The translations under genes were made by a program, and so were the position numbers. Shown here piece after piece: positions 27,170-38,384 of a stretch of DNA of 64,000 nucleotides. The notes below the pieces were generated by a model. The model did no database searches. It saw only the letters and a list, made by a program, of their open reading frames with translations, and was not told where the DNA came from. The DNA comes from Candidatus Latescibacterota bacterium (GTDB lineage: Bacteria > Latescibacterota > UBA2968 > GCA-2709665), in contig OZ252100.1 of assembly GCA_965248435.1 (NCBI GenBank), positions 1,536,001 to 1,600,000 of the forward strand, written 5' to 3'. The stretch's first letter is position 1, and each line of letters starts with the position of its first letter.

Positions 27170-30100
27170 TGGACCTCACCCGCGGTATCGTCGGACGCCT
27201 CATCGCTCACGATATCCTTCAGTTGGTCGACCACCCTTTGTGCCTCTGCGTGATCTGGATCCCTCTCGAGGACATACTCGAGCGCGGCCAGCCCTTCGTG
27301 CTCCGCTTTGTTCTCCAGGAGCAGCACGGCGAGATAAACGTGCGCGTGCAGATCTTCCGGCACGGAGACCAGATAGCTCCGGAGGAGGTCCATCGACCGC
27401 TTTGGCTCATCCAGCTGGGCATAGACCATCGCGACGTTGTAAATGATGTTCGGGTCCTCAGGGCCGATTTCCGCAGCTCGATTCAACACCTCCAGAGCCT
27501 TGTCGAGCGCCCGGACTCCCAGAGAAGGACACCCAGGTTGCTTAAGGCTTCGGCGAATTCAGGATCCAATTGAATCGCCTCTTCGAACAGGCCGCGAGCT
27601 TTCTCGATCTCCCCGCCCTTGTAGAAACAGCGTGCCAGATAGTTCTTGATCCGGGAAGAACCGGGATGGCGAGCATCGAGCGTTTGCAAGACCTCCGTTG
27701 CGTCCCCGATCTGCTCCTCTTCGAGCAGGGCAGCCGCCAGGACGAGCGAGGCCTCGAGATAGTCCTCCTTTGCCTCCAGAGCGCGTCGATAGCAGGCGAT
27801 GGCAGAATCCGACTCCCCCGCGGCCCGGTGCAGGTCTCCGGTCTCCAACAGCGTCACGGCCTGCTGCTCGTGGCCCTCCTTCTCACCCGGAGTCTCCTCC
27901 GGACAGTCTACGAACGTGTCTCTGGCAATCACGGTCCGATATCCTTTCTGTCGACAACGACGACAAAAGTCCTGCAGAAACGCCCCGGTCTGGAAGCTGG
28001 CGTCGAAACCGCCAAGCGCCTTGAGGACCTCTACCCGAATCAGAAAACAGGCCGTGTCCACGCAGTCCGCATCATCCCGAAGGCCCCTTTCCCTCAGATA
28101 GAGTCGCCGTGCGAACTTCTGCATCTCTTTCTCTTGGCTCTTATATCCTGCCTTCACCCTCTGGACCTCTGACCCGAACGGCAGCCTCGGGGCGACGAGT
28201 GCGATTTCCGAATCGCACTCCATATGAGCGACCAGTTGCGTCAGCCAGTCTCTTGTCACCGCGACGTCGTCGCGCAGAACCACGACGTAACTCGCCCGAA
28301 GATCCCCGAGTTTCGCGTTCAGCAACGCAGGTCCCCCCGCTTCGTTCCCTTCGACCTCAAGGAGACGAAACGCCGCCCCGGAAAACCGCTGCAGGGAGGC
28401 GTTCACGCGTTCTGGGTCGCCGATTTCTGTGCGAACGAGCAGTAGATTCACTTCGGGCTTCTGGCCGTTCCCGTTGGCGCTTCCCTCAGACATGGGCACG
28501 TCCTCACCGAGGCCTTCGGACCGGATCTCAAGCTTCGTTTCCGACCGTCGGACTGCGTTTTTCCGGATCGCCCTGAGGCGCTCCAGCGCCCGCTCCGACG
28601 ACTTCTTCCAGGTCAAATGCTCGCGCACAAAAGCGCTTGCGACACGTCCCTTCTCTCGTGCCTCTTCCTGTTCCGAAATCACCCGCCTCATGGTCTGAGA
28701 CAGCGCATCACCATCTGGCTCGAGAATCCACGACGGTCCAGCCGTTTCCTCGGGAAAGGCGACTTCCTTTTCGACGGCCGGAACAAAATAGGCGCGCTCC
28801 TCAGAACAGAAATCGTCGCAGGCACCCCCACGTGTGACGATTACGGGAAGGCCGCACGCCATCGCCTCGGCAACCCCCAGTCCGAACCCCTCTCCTCGAT
28901 AGGGATGCACAAGGGCATCACATGCAGTGTAGAGGCCGGCGATTTCGGCGCCGTTCAGTTCGGAGGTCAGATAATGAATTTCCGGGCCGTTCGGGTCGGC
29001 CTGCAGCCGGCGTATCGTATCGCCTGCAGTTTGACCCTTGTAAAAGCTGTCGTCGCCCATGCCCTTGATCACCAGGCAGACGTCGTCCGAGCGTCGGAAG
29101 GCCTTCCAGAAGGCGTTCAACAGCACATCGATACCCTTCCGGTAGATCGTTCCGCCAACGAACAGAAACTTGAACCGCTTTTGGGTCTCCAGCGGGATCG
29201 GAGGGACGTCCGGGTGAAAGAGATCCGGATCCACGCCGAGTGGGACGACGTGAACTCGCTCTGGATCGATCCCGCTCTCTACGTAACATCGTTTGACGGA
29301 ATGGGTGTAGGCCCAGACCTCGTCAACGCCGTCTTGAATCGGTTTGACCCAGGACAGCGGAATCCGGCCGAACTCCCAGGGCTGCATCATCACCCAGTGC
29401 CCCTCCGGCGGCGGATTGAAGTCCGGCGGCCATCGGTGGCGCACGTGGAACTGGGCCGGACCCGTCAGATCGGCGGACATTCTCTCGGCGATCGGCCCGT
29501 ATCGCTTCGGGTCGACCTCAGGTCCAAAGGTCGCCGGTTCGAACGGAATCAACTTCAGTTCACATTCATCAGAGCGAATCAACTCCGATGTCAGCGACAT
29601 GTTAACGAGTGACAGGCTGTGCGTGACGAACTGTGTACCCTCCCAGCAGCCCCGCAGCACTTCCTGTTCGTCTTCTGGCGGAGTGGAGGCAGGAACACCT
29701 GAATCCGGCGCCGCGCCCACCTCGCGCGTCACCCTGGGGATGAATCTCCCGTCTCTATCGAACCTCCCCTCCCACCGCTCCGCGAATCGAACCAGATTCG
29801 GCTCCACGTGCTCGTACCGACCCTCTGTTTTTCCCTCGTGATGCTCCAGGACCGCGCCGGGACAATATCTCACTTTGTATCCAAGGTCACGCGCCCTCAA
29901 ACAGAGATCCACGTCCTCGACGCCGTTCACGTAGCCCTCGTCAAACCCGCCAAGACGCTCGAACAGGTCTCTTCGAATCAGCAGACAGGCGCCGGTGACC
30001 ATGTCCAGGTCTCGCGCCTCGTTCACGCCAGGATCCGCCGCGCCCGCGTTTCGGAAAACGTGATCGGGGGTGCCATCGATCATCTCGATCCCGGCGTGCT

Positions 30101-32275
30101 GGATCCGCTGGTCATCTGGATAGAGCAGCTTTGCACCCACGACGCCCACCCGAGGATCAGAGTCCGCCTCATCGATCATCGCTTCCAACCAGCCCGAATG
30201 CGGCAGCGTATCGTTGTTCAAGAACAGCAGGAACTCCCCTTTCGCCGCTCTGGCACCCAGATTGTTGGCCCTGGCGAACCCCAAATTCTCGCCGTTTCGA
30301 ATCACGCTGGCTTCGGGCTCCATCCCGGCCAGCAGTTCGCCCGTTCCGTCTGTAGACCCGTTGTCCACCAGGACGAGTTCGTGCCTCACCTCTGTCGTCA
30401 CTTTGAGGGTTTCGAGGCAGGCCTCCGTGTAAGCAGCCCCGTTGTAGAGGGCAATCACCACACTCGCCCGCGGCGGTCCTCCCGCGTCCCGGATCGTATG
30501 CGTCACTCTGTTTCGACAAACGAAGATGGTGGCCGCGTCGTCAGGCTCGACCCTGGATGAAATGATACACTGGCCAGGAAACTCCGTCTCGGGCGCCCAG
30601 GGCCTTTGCCCGAGGACCGTCGTTTCGGGGAAGACAGAACAGACCGATGCCTTCACCGCCTCGACACCCCCACCGTTGCCCATCCCGTTCGGAACGGACA
30701 GCAGGGCCACTCCGCCAGGTTTGAGTCCGCTCCGGATCTGTTCCAGTCGGCTCTCGAATTCAGATTCCTTCAGAACTTCCGTGCCGTCCATCCAAGTCAC
30801 GACGTCGTAAGCCCCGAATTCCGGCTCGGACTGCGTTGGATCCGCGACCTGCCACGCGATCTTCGCGTCACCGTAGCACCGCTGCAAGGGCGATGTCCGC
30901 CACCGATCCTCCCACAGCCTCCACCCTTTCGGCCACCCGCGCGGTCAATTTCGCACCATATCCCGATTTGCAGTCGAAGTGCAGGACCTCCGCCCCGTCC
31001 GCAAATCGCTGCGCCAGCAGATAACGCTTTGCCAACAGCAGAGACGTTGGGAGATCGACCGGCCCCCCCGGCTGGGCCTCGGCCCCATTCAGGGAGACGC
31101 TTCCATCCGGTTCGAATCGGGCGATCGTGAGTGAGCCATTCTGCGAAGCAGGGTCCGCCAGCTTCGTCTCCAGGGCCCGCCCAACCGCGTTTCCGAGCCG
31201 CTGCCTGGACGCCTCGTCCGTTCCCTGAAGGTATTCGGGAAAAATCAACACACGATTCTGTTTCTTCCCTTCATTCCAGAAAATCTGAAGCCCCTGTAAG
31301 AGCATCTCCCGACCGGCGGCCTGAACGCCGGCAACGACAGCGAATTCTGCGCCGCCGTTCGGCAGCCGCTCGAAGCCCACCCATCCGATCTCCCAGTTTT
31401 CTCCCCTGAGGACGGCTTCACACTCTTCGGGCCGGTAGGGCGCGATCGTGGAAAAATCCGTTGGAAACTGTTCCTTGAAGTAGGCGGACGGAAGCGGATA
31501 TCCCTGATCAGACTCGGCGACGGCCTGAGCGCGGAAGGCCTCTACCCAGAGACACTTCATCCCGTGCGACCAGACATACGACGTCTTCACCCTAGGAAAT
31601 CCGACCTCCCGGAGCAGCGCCTCGATCCGATCCGCCGTAAACCCTGTCTTGTGAAACTCGCCTGGATGTGTTTGGAGCCCGTAAAGGGTATCCAGGCGCC
31701 AGCCCCATCTCGCCTTTTCCGGAGTGTTCAACCACTGTTCCGTCACCCATTCCAGGTCGGGCAGGTTGAGGCGTAACACACCCTCGGGCTTGAGTACCCT
31801 GTGCCATTCCTTTAGGGCCGAAGGGACCTCGAACTTTCCGAGATGCTCCAGCATATGCGAGGAAAAGATCTCATCGACCGTGGCGTCGCCCAGCTCGAGA
31901 TTGAAAACATCCATCTGCAGATCGGCTGTCGGTACGTGGGCATCTACGTTGATGAACCCATCCCGTCTGTCTTCTCCACAGCCCAGATTCAAACGGATCG
32001 GTCCCTGCCACGTTTCGAGAAAGGCGCGATGCCTGGCCCCTCGATCCGGAGCCGGAACGGAGGACACGGCACCCTCTCTGTCCCCTTTTTGGAAGACCCT
32101 GGGGCTGTAGGGCGAAAGCTCCGTCATCCCGAGGCCCTTTACAATATTATAGAACGACTCATTCGTGTATCGATCGCAGTTCAAGTGGAAAGGGCCCTCT
32201 TCGTTCGTGTAGAACGTGACCGTCAGAACGAGCAGCCCCCCCGGCCTCAAGCGGTCGACCAACCTGCGCACCGCC
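27166..32275 (-). pseudogene. Multidomain methyltransferase(s)-GT2-GT4-GT2-TPR gene with missing 5' end (fused to flgL) and frameshifts near 30887 and 27511
   Basis: LNLGCG...SHMLEHL...RVLKPEG (SAM MTase); a further degenerate MTase spans the 30887 frame break; GT2 (VDNGS, LNNDT, EDVD); GT4 (EGFGLGVAEAMACGLP); a TPR runs across the 27511 break (LWESG/ALDKALEVLNRA). Confidence 0.75.
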
Positions 32276-33174
32276 CGAAGGTTGAGGAAGGCCGAGAACA
32301 CGTTCTGGGCGCCCTCGAAGAGGTCCCGCCCTTCGACGTTGATCTGAATGCGGAAACCTTCGTCGACCTCGCGTAAAATGGCTCCCGTCGTATCTACGTT
32401 GTCGATCTGAAGGGTGCTGAGCACGTTGTTGGCATCGACAGCGGTCGTCGTCCCGTCGATCCGCAGCCGGAAAATCGACTGCCCGTCAGAAACACTCTCC
32501 TCGATATCGACACTCACACCGGTTGGCGCGGCCGCCTCGATCTTCGCCTTGATGTCATTTAGGGAATCGGTCCCCAGGTCGATATCCACGGTCTGGTCGC
32601 CGATCGTAACTGTGCCGGACGGTGGCGTGGTCAGCGACAGGAGTGTGCCCACGGCCGTCGTGCTGCTCTCCAACCGCAGGCTTCGTCGTAGCGTGTTCCC
32701 GACCGAGAGGACATTTCCGTCGGCGTCCCTGACTTCCGAATACGGCCTTTCCAGCGTTTCCGTCCCGGCGAAGACGAATCGCCCGCGGAACTTGGCCTGA
32801 CCCACGCCGATCACGTGTTCGAGCAGTTCGTTCACTTCCCTCGCGATGATCTTCCGGTCAGACGGGTTCACGGTGTCGCTCGAGCCCTGGATTGCAAGGC
32901 CGCGGACCCTTATAAGCGTGTTCACGAGGTCGTCCATCGTGGAATCCACGAAATTCATGAACCCGATGCCAGATTCGATATTGCGCTGGAACTGTTCGTT
33001 TTTTCGGATGTCCGAGCGCAGCTGCAGGGCCCGCGACGCGCTGCTGGGGTCGTCCGACGCGTCGTGGATCCGGGTCCCGGTGGACAGGTCCTTCTGAAAC
33101 CTCGTAATCCTCGAAAAAGAGCGTCTGAGGTTGTTTGAAATCGTGTTGGTTACAACTGCATCCGAAATGCGCAT
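32276..33174 (-). pseudogene. flgL: Hook-associated protein FlgL, N-terminal ~300 aa only; reading frame continues into methyltransferase sequence
   Basis: LSTGTRIHDASDDP, GRFVFAGT, IQINVEGRDLF; directly after flgK; conserved C-terminal helices absent. Confidence 0.85.
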
Positions 33175-33265
33175 CTCGTGCCACCTCTATTTTGCAAACT
33201 ATAAGAACTATATGGAGTTATATCAAGATCAAATTGGCAATCAGCCCTTTGTTCACACGGCTTTT

Positions 33266-34684
33266 TCAGATATTGAGAAGCGATTGCATCATCTCATCGA
33301 CGATGGTGACGATCCTGGCCGCGGCCTGGAACGCACGCTGAAAGAGGATCAGATTTGTCGCCTCTTCATTGAGAGAGACTCCCCTTACGTTTTCCCTCCG
33401 GATCTCCACCTGCTCCACGACGAGCCGCTGTGTCTCCGCGTTCGTAAACACCTCTTTCGCGTCGGCGCCTATCTGTCCGACCAGATCAGCGTAGAACTCC
33501 TCGATCGTCCGGGTCCCGCCGCCCAGCACCTTTTCCGAGGCCAGGCCCGAAAGGGTGAGCGCATTCGCGCCGTCTCCGTTTCCGACGGCCGTGGACGATG
33601 CCGCGATCTTGTTCAGGTCGCCGAGTACCTCTTGAGAGATGGCGATCTCACGGGCGGAGTCCTGTGTCGCGATGAAGAAGTTCGTACCGGACGAGCCGTC
33701 CAGCCCGAAACCTGCGGAGTGGATCAAATTCACCCTGCCAACCAGCGTCTCTGCGACAATGTCCAGGTTTTCCTGAGCGCTGATGATCTTTTCGTCTCGC
33801 GCCTGCAAGAGCCCCCCGAGCTTGCCCGAAACCGGGTCGACCGCCTTTCCGTCGATCGCGAGCGCCACATCCGAAACAATGGCATTGTTCCGGGACACCG
33901 GCCGCGTCGTCAGTTCGTTAAAGACCGCTGCGTCCACGAGCAGGATGCCGGGGGCCGCGGAAACCGCCACCGTGCCGTCCACCTGTTCACGGATGTTGAT
34001 CTTGAGCAGCTTGGAGAGGTCGTCCAGCAGCCGATCGCGCTCATCTTCCAGGCTGCCGGCCACGTCCGTCGGATCCTTCTTATTAGTAATAATCTTTGTA
34101 TTCAATGTGGCAAGCTGCCTGATAATCCGGTTGGTCTCCAGGAGGGTCTGTTTGACTTCGGCCTCCATGTCGAATCTCAGGACCGATAGCTGATCGTGCA
34201 TCCGTTGAAACTGGTCCACGAGAAAGCTGGCCTCCTCCCTGACCACCGCGCGCGCCGTCTGACTCTCCGGATTGTTGGCCAGGTCCTGGAACGAGTTGAA
34301 GAAGCGGCTGAAGGCCCCGCTGAGCGCCGCGCCTGATGCCTGGTTGAACACGGCACCCGGTTCGCTTGCCCCGCCTCCGGCCAACTCCGTAAAAATCGCC
34401 TCGATCGACCGCATCGCGCGCTCCAGGACCTCCAGGTTCCCGAGCGAATGGCCCTCGAACCGGAACTGCCCGTCCAGCAGGAGATCTCTTGCGCGGGTGA
34501 GTGACTCCACCTTCACGCCCGTGCCAAATCCGGCCACGGTGAGGCCGGTCTTCAAATTCGGCGTCTTACGCGAATACCCCGGTGTGTTGACGTTGGCGAT
34601 GTTATCGCCCGTAACGTTCAGCGCGATCTGCTGCGCCCGGAGTGCGGTCCTCGCGATTTCAAAGATGGAGCCGATGCTCGGCAC
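33266..34684 (-). CDS. flgK: Hook-associated protein FlgK
   Basis: NIANVNTPGYSR, GTGV, DERDRLLDDLS, GVSLNEEA...FQRAFQAAA. Confidence 0.96.
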   Translation of the reverse strand: MPSIGSIFEIARTALRAQQIALNVTGDNIANVNTPGYSRKTPNLKTGLTVAGFGTGVKVESLTRARDLLLDGQFRFEGHSLGNLEVLERAMRSIEAIFTELAGGGASEPGAVFNQASGAALSGAFSRFFNSFQDLANNPESQTARAVVREEASFLVDQFQRMHDQLSVLRFDMEAEVKQTLLETNRIIRQLATLNTKIITNKKDPTDVAGSLEDERDRLLDDLSKLLKINIREQVDGTVAVSAAPGILLVDAAVFNELTTRPVSRNNAIVSDVALAIDGKAVDPVSGKLGGLLQARDEKIISAQENLDIVAETLVGRVNLIHSAGFGLDGSSGTNFFIATQDSAREIAISQEVLGDLNKIAASSTAVGNGDGANALTLSGLASEKVLGGGTRTIEEFYADLVGQIGADAKEVFTNAETQRLVVEQVEIRRENVRGVSLNEEATNLILFQRAFQAAARIVTIVDEMMQSLLNI

Positions 34685-34790
34685 TGGCTACCTCTTTAAA
34701 CGGTTTCGAATGGTGGCGCTGAAAACCGGACCGAGGATGGAGTGGGCCTCCTCTACCCGGACCTTCCAGCGCCAAACTCCTGAATAGAAA

Positions 34791-35294
34791 CTAAATGACC
34801 TGATTCACCACACCCTGAACCGGCCGGGCGTGATTGTCGATCTTCCCGGACTGTTCGTAGACACGGTTGGAAGGATCACCGCCCGACAAAATCTGGATAC
34901 TCTTGTCGACATATTTCATAGACTGCTTGATCAAGAGCCCGTTTCGCCGGTTCGCATTTTGAATTTTGTCCTGAAGGTCGATCAGCGTCTCTCGCATCTC
35001 TCTCAGACACTCAGCTTGGGGTTCCTGAAGCCGATCGATCAGTCGTGCCATGGTCAGACTGCCTTCATCCTCTTTCAGCGAGGACGAGAGTTGCTGGGTG
35101 ATGCGAATGCGTTCCTGCTCGAGCGCCGCCGCTTCTTCGGCCAGCCCCTGCTGATCTCCTATCGCGGCCTCCAGTTCGCCGATCTCGTGGCGGACGAGCG
35201 CGCTCTGCTCTCGTCCCAAAGTCTCCAGAAGGCGCTGAAAATTTTCGACTTCCTTTTCGATAACCCCGACCAAACTGCTGATCAACTCGTCCAC
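34791..35294 (-). CDS. flgN: Flagellar export chaperone FlgN
   Basis: Helical, LEQER, NRRNGLLI, C-terminal YEQSG; immediately upstream of flgK. Confidence 0.85.
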   Translation of the reverse strand: MDELISSLVGVIEKEVENFQRLLETLGREQSALVRHEIGELEAAIGDQQGLAEEAAALEQERIRITQQLSSSLKEDEGSLTMARLIDRLQEPQAECLREMRETLIDLQDKIQNANRRNGLLIKQSMKYVDKSIQILSGGDPSNRVYEQSGKIDNHARPVQGVVNQVI

Positions 35295-35310
35295 TTGCTA
35301 CTCCTCTCGC

Positions 35311-35802
35311 TTAAGGGCCCTTCATCGAGGCCGCAGCGTCTACGGCTTTCATTCCCATTTGTGCCTTGCGTAATTCTCTCCGCAACCTGCCTGCCGCCTC
35401 GGAGACGTCTGGAAGTGTCGACTCCCCTTCGCCCGCCTCCTTGATCCCGAACCGACGGCTCAGCTGGCTGAACATCATTTTCGCGATCCCTGCTCCACCA
35501 TGCCCCGCCATGTGCTTGGCAAGCTCCTCATCCAGCAATCCGGTAAAGATCTCCTCTCCAGCGCCGCCGTGCATCAATCCTTCGGTGTGAACCGTACTTC
35601 GCATCTGCTTCAGGACCTGAAACATGAACACCGATTCAAAATCCTGGGCGGCCTTCCAGAGCTTGTCCGCCTCATCAGACCGGTGTGCACCCTTCGTCAG
35701 CTGATTTCCCTGGCCGTGCTTCAACGCAATCGGCCCCCGGGCAGGGCGCTTCAAGGGCGTGAAATCTTTAGGGACAGAAGTGCTTGCACTCAAATCAGAC
35801 AT
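35311..35802 (-). CDS. flgJ: FlgJ, rod-binding domain only (no muramidase domain)
   Basis: AAQDFESVF..QVLKQMR...F..LLDEE...GIAKMMFSQL; follows flgI. Confidence 0.88.
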   Translation of the reverse strand: MSDLSASTSVPKDFTPLKRPARGPIALKHGQGNQLTKGAHRSDEADKLWKAAQDFESVFMFQVLKQMRSTVHTEGLMHGGAGEEIFTGLLDEELAKHMAGHGGAGIAKMMFSQLSRRFGIKEAGEGESTLPDVSEAAGRLRRELRKAQMGMKAVDAAASMKGP

Positions 35803-35815
35803 ACCGTGCTCCGGC

Positions 35816-37009
35816 TCAAAGGATGATCAATTCCGCTTTCAATGCCCCCGCCTGCTTCAAGGCCTGGAAGATGGCGATGATGTCCCTCGGCGTCACCTTC
35901 AACGCATTCAGTGCCTTCGCCACGTCGCTCACGCTGGACGCGGGCGGCAGAGCCAGCAGCCGCGGCTTCTCCTCCTCCACCTCCACCCCACCACCCAACT
36001 GAAGCTGGGCCTGCGGTCCCCCCGGCACACCGGCCTCCAGCGTTTCTTGAGGGCCGATCGATATGCTCAAACTGCCGTGGGAAATCGCAACTTCCGCGAT
36101 GGCGACGTGCTCGCCCGCCACGATCGTCCCCGTCCGTTCGTTGACGACGATCCTTGCATTGACGTCTGGGATGACCGTAACCCCTTCCAATTCGGCGATA
36201 AACTCGATAAATCCACCCGTCGTGCGCCTTGCCCTTGGAACAGACACGCGAATCGTTGCAGCATCCAGGGCCGCGGAAAGCCGGTCGCCGAACTTGATGT
36301 CTATCGCGCGAGCCAGTCTGGCCGATGTGGTGTAGTCTGGGTCATTCAGTATCACAGTCAATGCGCTGCTGACTTCTCCTGGCGCGACCATTTCCTGCTG
36401 CACGATGGCCCCGCCTGGAACCCGGCCGACGACCGGGTGATTCTTCCTGAACGCCCCTCCGCCTGCCGCTTCGATGTTGAATCCGCCGATCGAGACCGGA
36501 CCTTGCGCCACAGCCATCACAGGTCCGTTTGGCGGGTTTGCCTGGAGGGGGGTCATCAACAGAATTCCGCCTTCCAAACTTTTCGCATCACCAAGGGATG
36601 AGACCGTCACGTCAAGCGTCGTCCCCACACGCGTAAACGGGGACAACTGTCCCGTAACCATAACCGCCGCCGTATTCCTGGACCGAATCTGAGATGGATC
36701 CACTTCCACGCCCATCGTCCGCATCATGTTGGCGAGGGCCTGTGTCATGAACGGGGCGCCTCGAGGCTGATCCCCATTCCTTTCCAGGCCGACGACCAGC
36801 CCGTAGCCGATCAACTGGAGATCCCGAAGGGTCTGGATCTGGGCCACGTCTTTGAGCCGAGCCACCTGAGGCTCGAAGTCTGGGATAAACTGCCCCGGGG
36901 CTGCACCAGGTAAGAGCAGACCCACAGCCAGGATCAAAACGATGAGTGTTCGCTCGGCACTTTTGTTTGGGCGATCTGTCACGTTTACGATTGAGATTGC
37001 AGATTCCAT
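35816..37009 (-). CDS. flgI: Flagellar P-ring protein
   Basis: QLIGYGLVVGL, NTAAVMVT, GDAKSLEGG, IVVNERTGTIV, LKQAGALKAEL. Confidence 0.97.
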   Translation of the reverse strand: MESAISIVNVTDRPNKSAERTLIVLILAVGLLLPGAAPGQFIPDFEPQVARLKDVAQIQTLRDLQLIGYGLVVGLERNGDQPRGAPFMTQALANMMRTMGVEVDPSQIRSRNTAAVMVTGQLSPFTRVGTTLDVTVSSLGDAKSLEGGILLMTPLQANPPNGPVMAVAQGPVSIGGFNIEAAGGGAFRKNHPVVGRVPGGAIVQQEMVAPGEVSSALTVILNDPDYTTSARLARAIDIKFGDRLSAALDAATIRVSVPRARRTTGGFIEFIAELEGVTVIPDVNARIVVNERTGTIVAGEHVAIAEVAISHGSLSISIGPQETLEAGVPGGPQAQLQLGGGVEVEEEKPRLLALPPASSVSDVAKALNALKVTPRDIIAIFQALKQAGALKAELIIL

Positions 37010-37013
37010 TCGA

Positions 37014-37616
37014 TTAGAAAACCCAGTTTAGCAGACGCACGAAGAACCCGGGACGAGAGCTTTGGGTGATAACGCCCTTACCCTTGTATGAAACCTGAAG
37101 ATCCGCAATCCTGAAGGATTCGATCGTGTTGTTCGCAGGAATGATCAGGGGGTTTACAGCCCCTGAGAGGTGGATCACTTCTCGCTCTCCGTTCACTTCG
37201 ATCGTGCGACTTCCCTCTACCAGGAGGTCGCCGTTGTGCTTGATCCCCACCACGGTCACCGAGACCCTGGCCTGGATCTGCTGCTGGCGTGTCGTTGAGC
37301 CCTCTCCAGTAAACTCCGATTGGGCATCGCTCACCAATCCGAGCCCGGGAATGAACTTGAGCACCCCGGAGCCCTTTGCGCTCGTGATGTCAACTGTATT
37401 TTCCTTGTTCGTCTCGAGGTTCGCGGTATTGGACGCCGTCGTGTTCTCCGTGACCAGAACGGTCAGGATATCGCCTACACGACTTGCCCGAAGCGGTCGA
37501 CGATCCTGGAAGAGCGTCGTCGGCCGTTCAGGGTCGCCGAACAGAAACTGGGCATACGACCTGGACGCCGTGCCCATCAATCCCAGCATCATCAGAACCA
37601 GACTCTTGAAGATCAT
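37014..37616 (-). CDS. flgH: Flagellar L-ring protein
   Basis: VGDILTVLV.E, NGDLLVEGSR, NTIES..IAD..Y.GKG; between flgA and flgI. Confidence 0.92.
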   Translation of the reverse strand: MIFKSLVLMMLGLMGTASRSYAQFLFGDPERPTTLFQDRRPLRASRVGDILTVLVTENTTASNTANLETNKENTVDITSAKGSGVLKFIPGLGLVSDAQSEFTGEGSTTRQQQIQARVSVTVVGIKHNGDLLVEGSRTIEVNGEREVIHLSGAVNPLIIPANNTIESFRIADLQVSYKGKGVITQSSRPGFFVRLLNWVF

Positions 37617-37640
37617 CCTGTTCTCCTGTCGGCCGTCTCC

Positions 37641-38384
37641 CTAATACGCGACCCGCACCACACCCGGCGCGATGACTTCCGCGAGCAGCTTTTTCCTGGA
37701 GGCGAGATTCTGGACGACGATTCGATCACCCTCCGCACCCGACTCCGTCGCCACGCCCTCTGTGGAGGCCGTGATCGCCCCGATCCGGATCTCGATGCGC
37801 ACGAGATCCTTCCGTTCGACCAGAGGGATCGGTTCAAGAAAACGTCCATCGATCGGCCTGCCCGATCCTATGCGCGACTTGGCTTGCGACCCGATCACCC
37901 TGGACGGGTCCCTCGTGTACCTGCCCAAAACGGCCGTCACCTCCCGCTTTTCCAGGACGATTGTGTCAGACGTGATCGGCTCGCCCCTCTCGATCGGGCG
38001 CGCTGCCACAACCACTTCGTCGAAGTAGCGCACATTTGCTGTTACGAGATGTTCACCGACGATGACGGGGCCACGGAGGATCTCGAGGACCAACGGAAAC
38101 GACCTGTCCGAGCTTCGACCTTGAGAGGGCCGAACCTGGAGCGCTACAGAACCGCTTCCTTTGACACTCAGGTTGCCCCTCCTGCGAACCTTAATCTTGA
38201 GTTCGCCTTCGAAGTCATCGAGGAGACCCCTCACGTGTTCGGTAACCACCCCGTGGATCTCCGTTTCCGATACAACCACTTCGGCCGTTCCATCCGACAC
38301 CATCAAGCAGAGCATCCACAGGACGACCAGGCCGGCGTAGATCAGCTTGAGCATCAGTTGTCTTTTTTTTCTTGCGACCATCAT
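37641..38384 (-). CDS. flgA: P-ring assembly chaperone FlgA
   Basis: VVVAARPIERGEPI (SAF-like), G.A.ESG..GDRI.V.N..S.K. Confidence 0.92.
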   Translation of the reverse strand: MMVARKKRQLMLKLIYAGLVVLWMLCLMVSDGTAEVVVSETEIHGVVTEHVRGLLDDFEGELKIKVRRRGNLSVKGSGSVALQVRPSQGRSSDRSFPLVLEILRGPVIVGEHLVTANVRYFDEVVVAARPIERGEPITSDTIVLEKREVTAVLGRYTRDPSRVIGSQAKSRIGSGRPIDGRFLEPIPLVERKDLVRIEIRIGAITASTEGVATESGAEGDRIVVQNLASRKKLLAEVIAPGVVRVAY

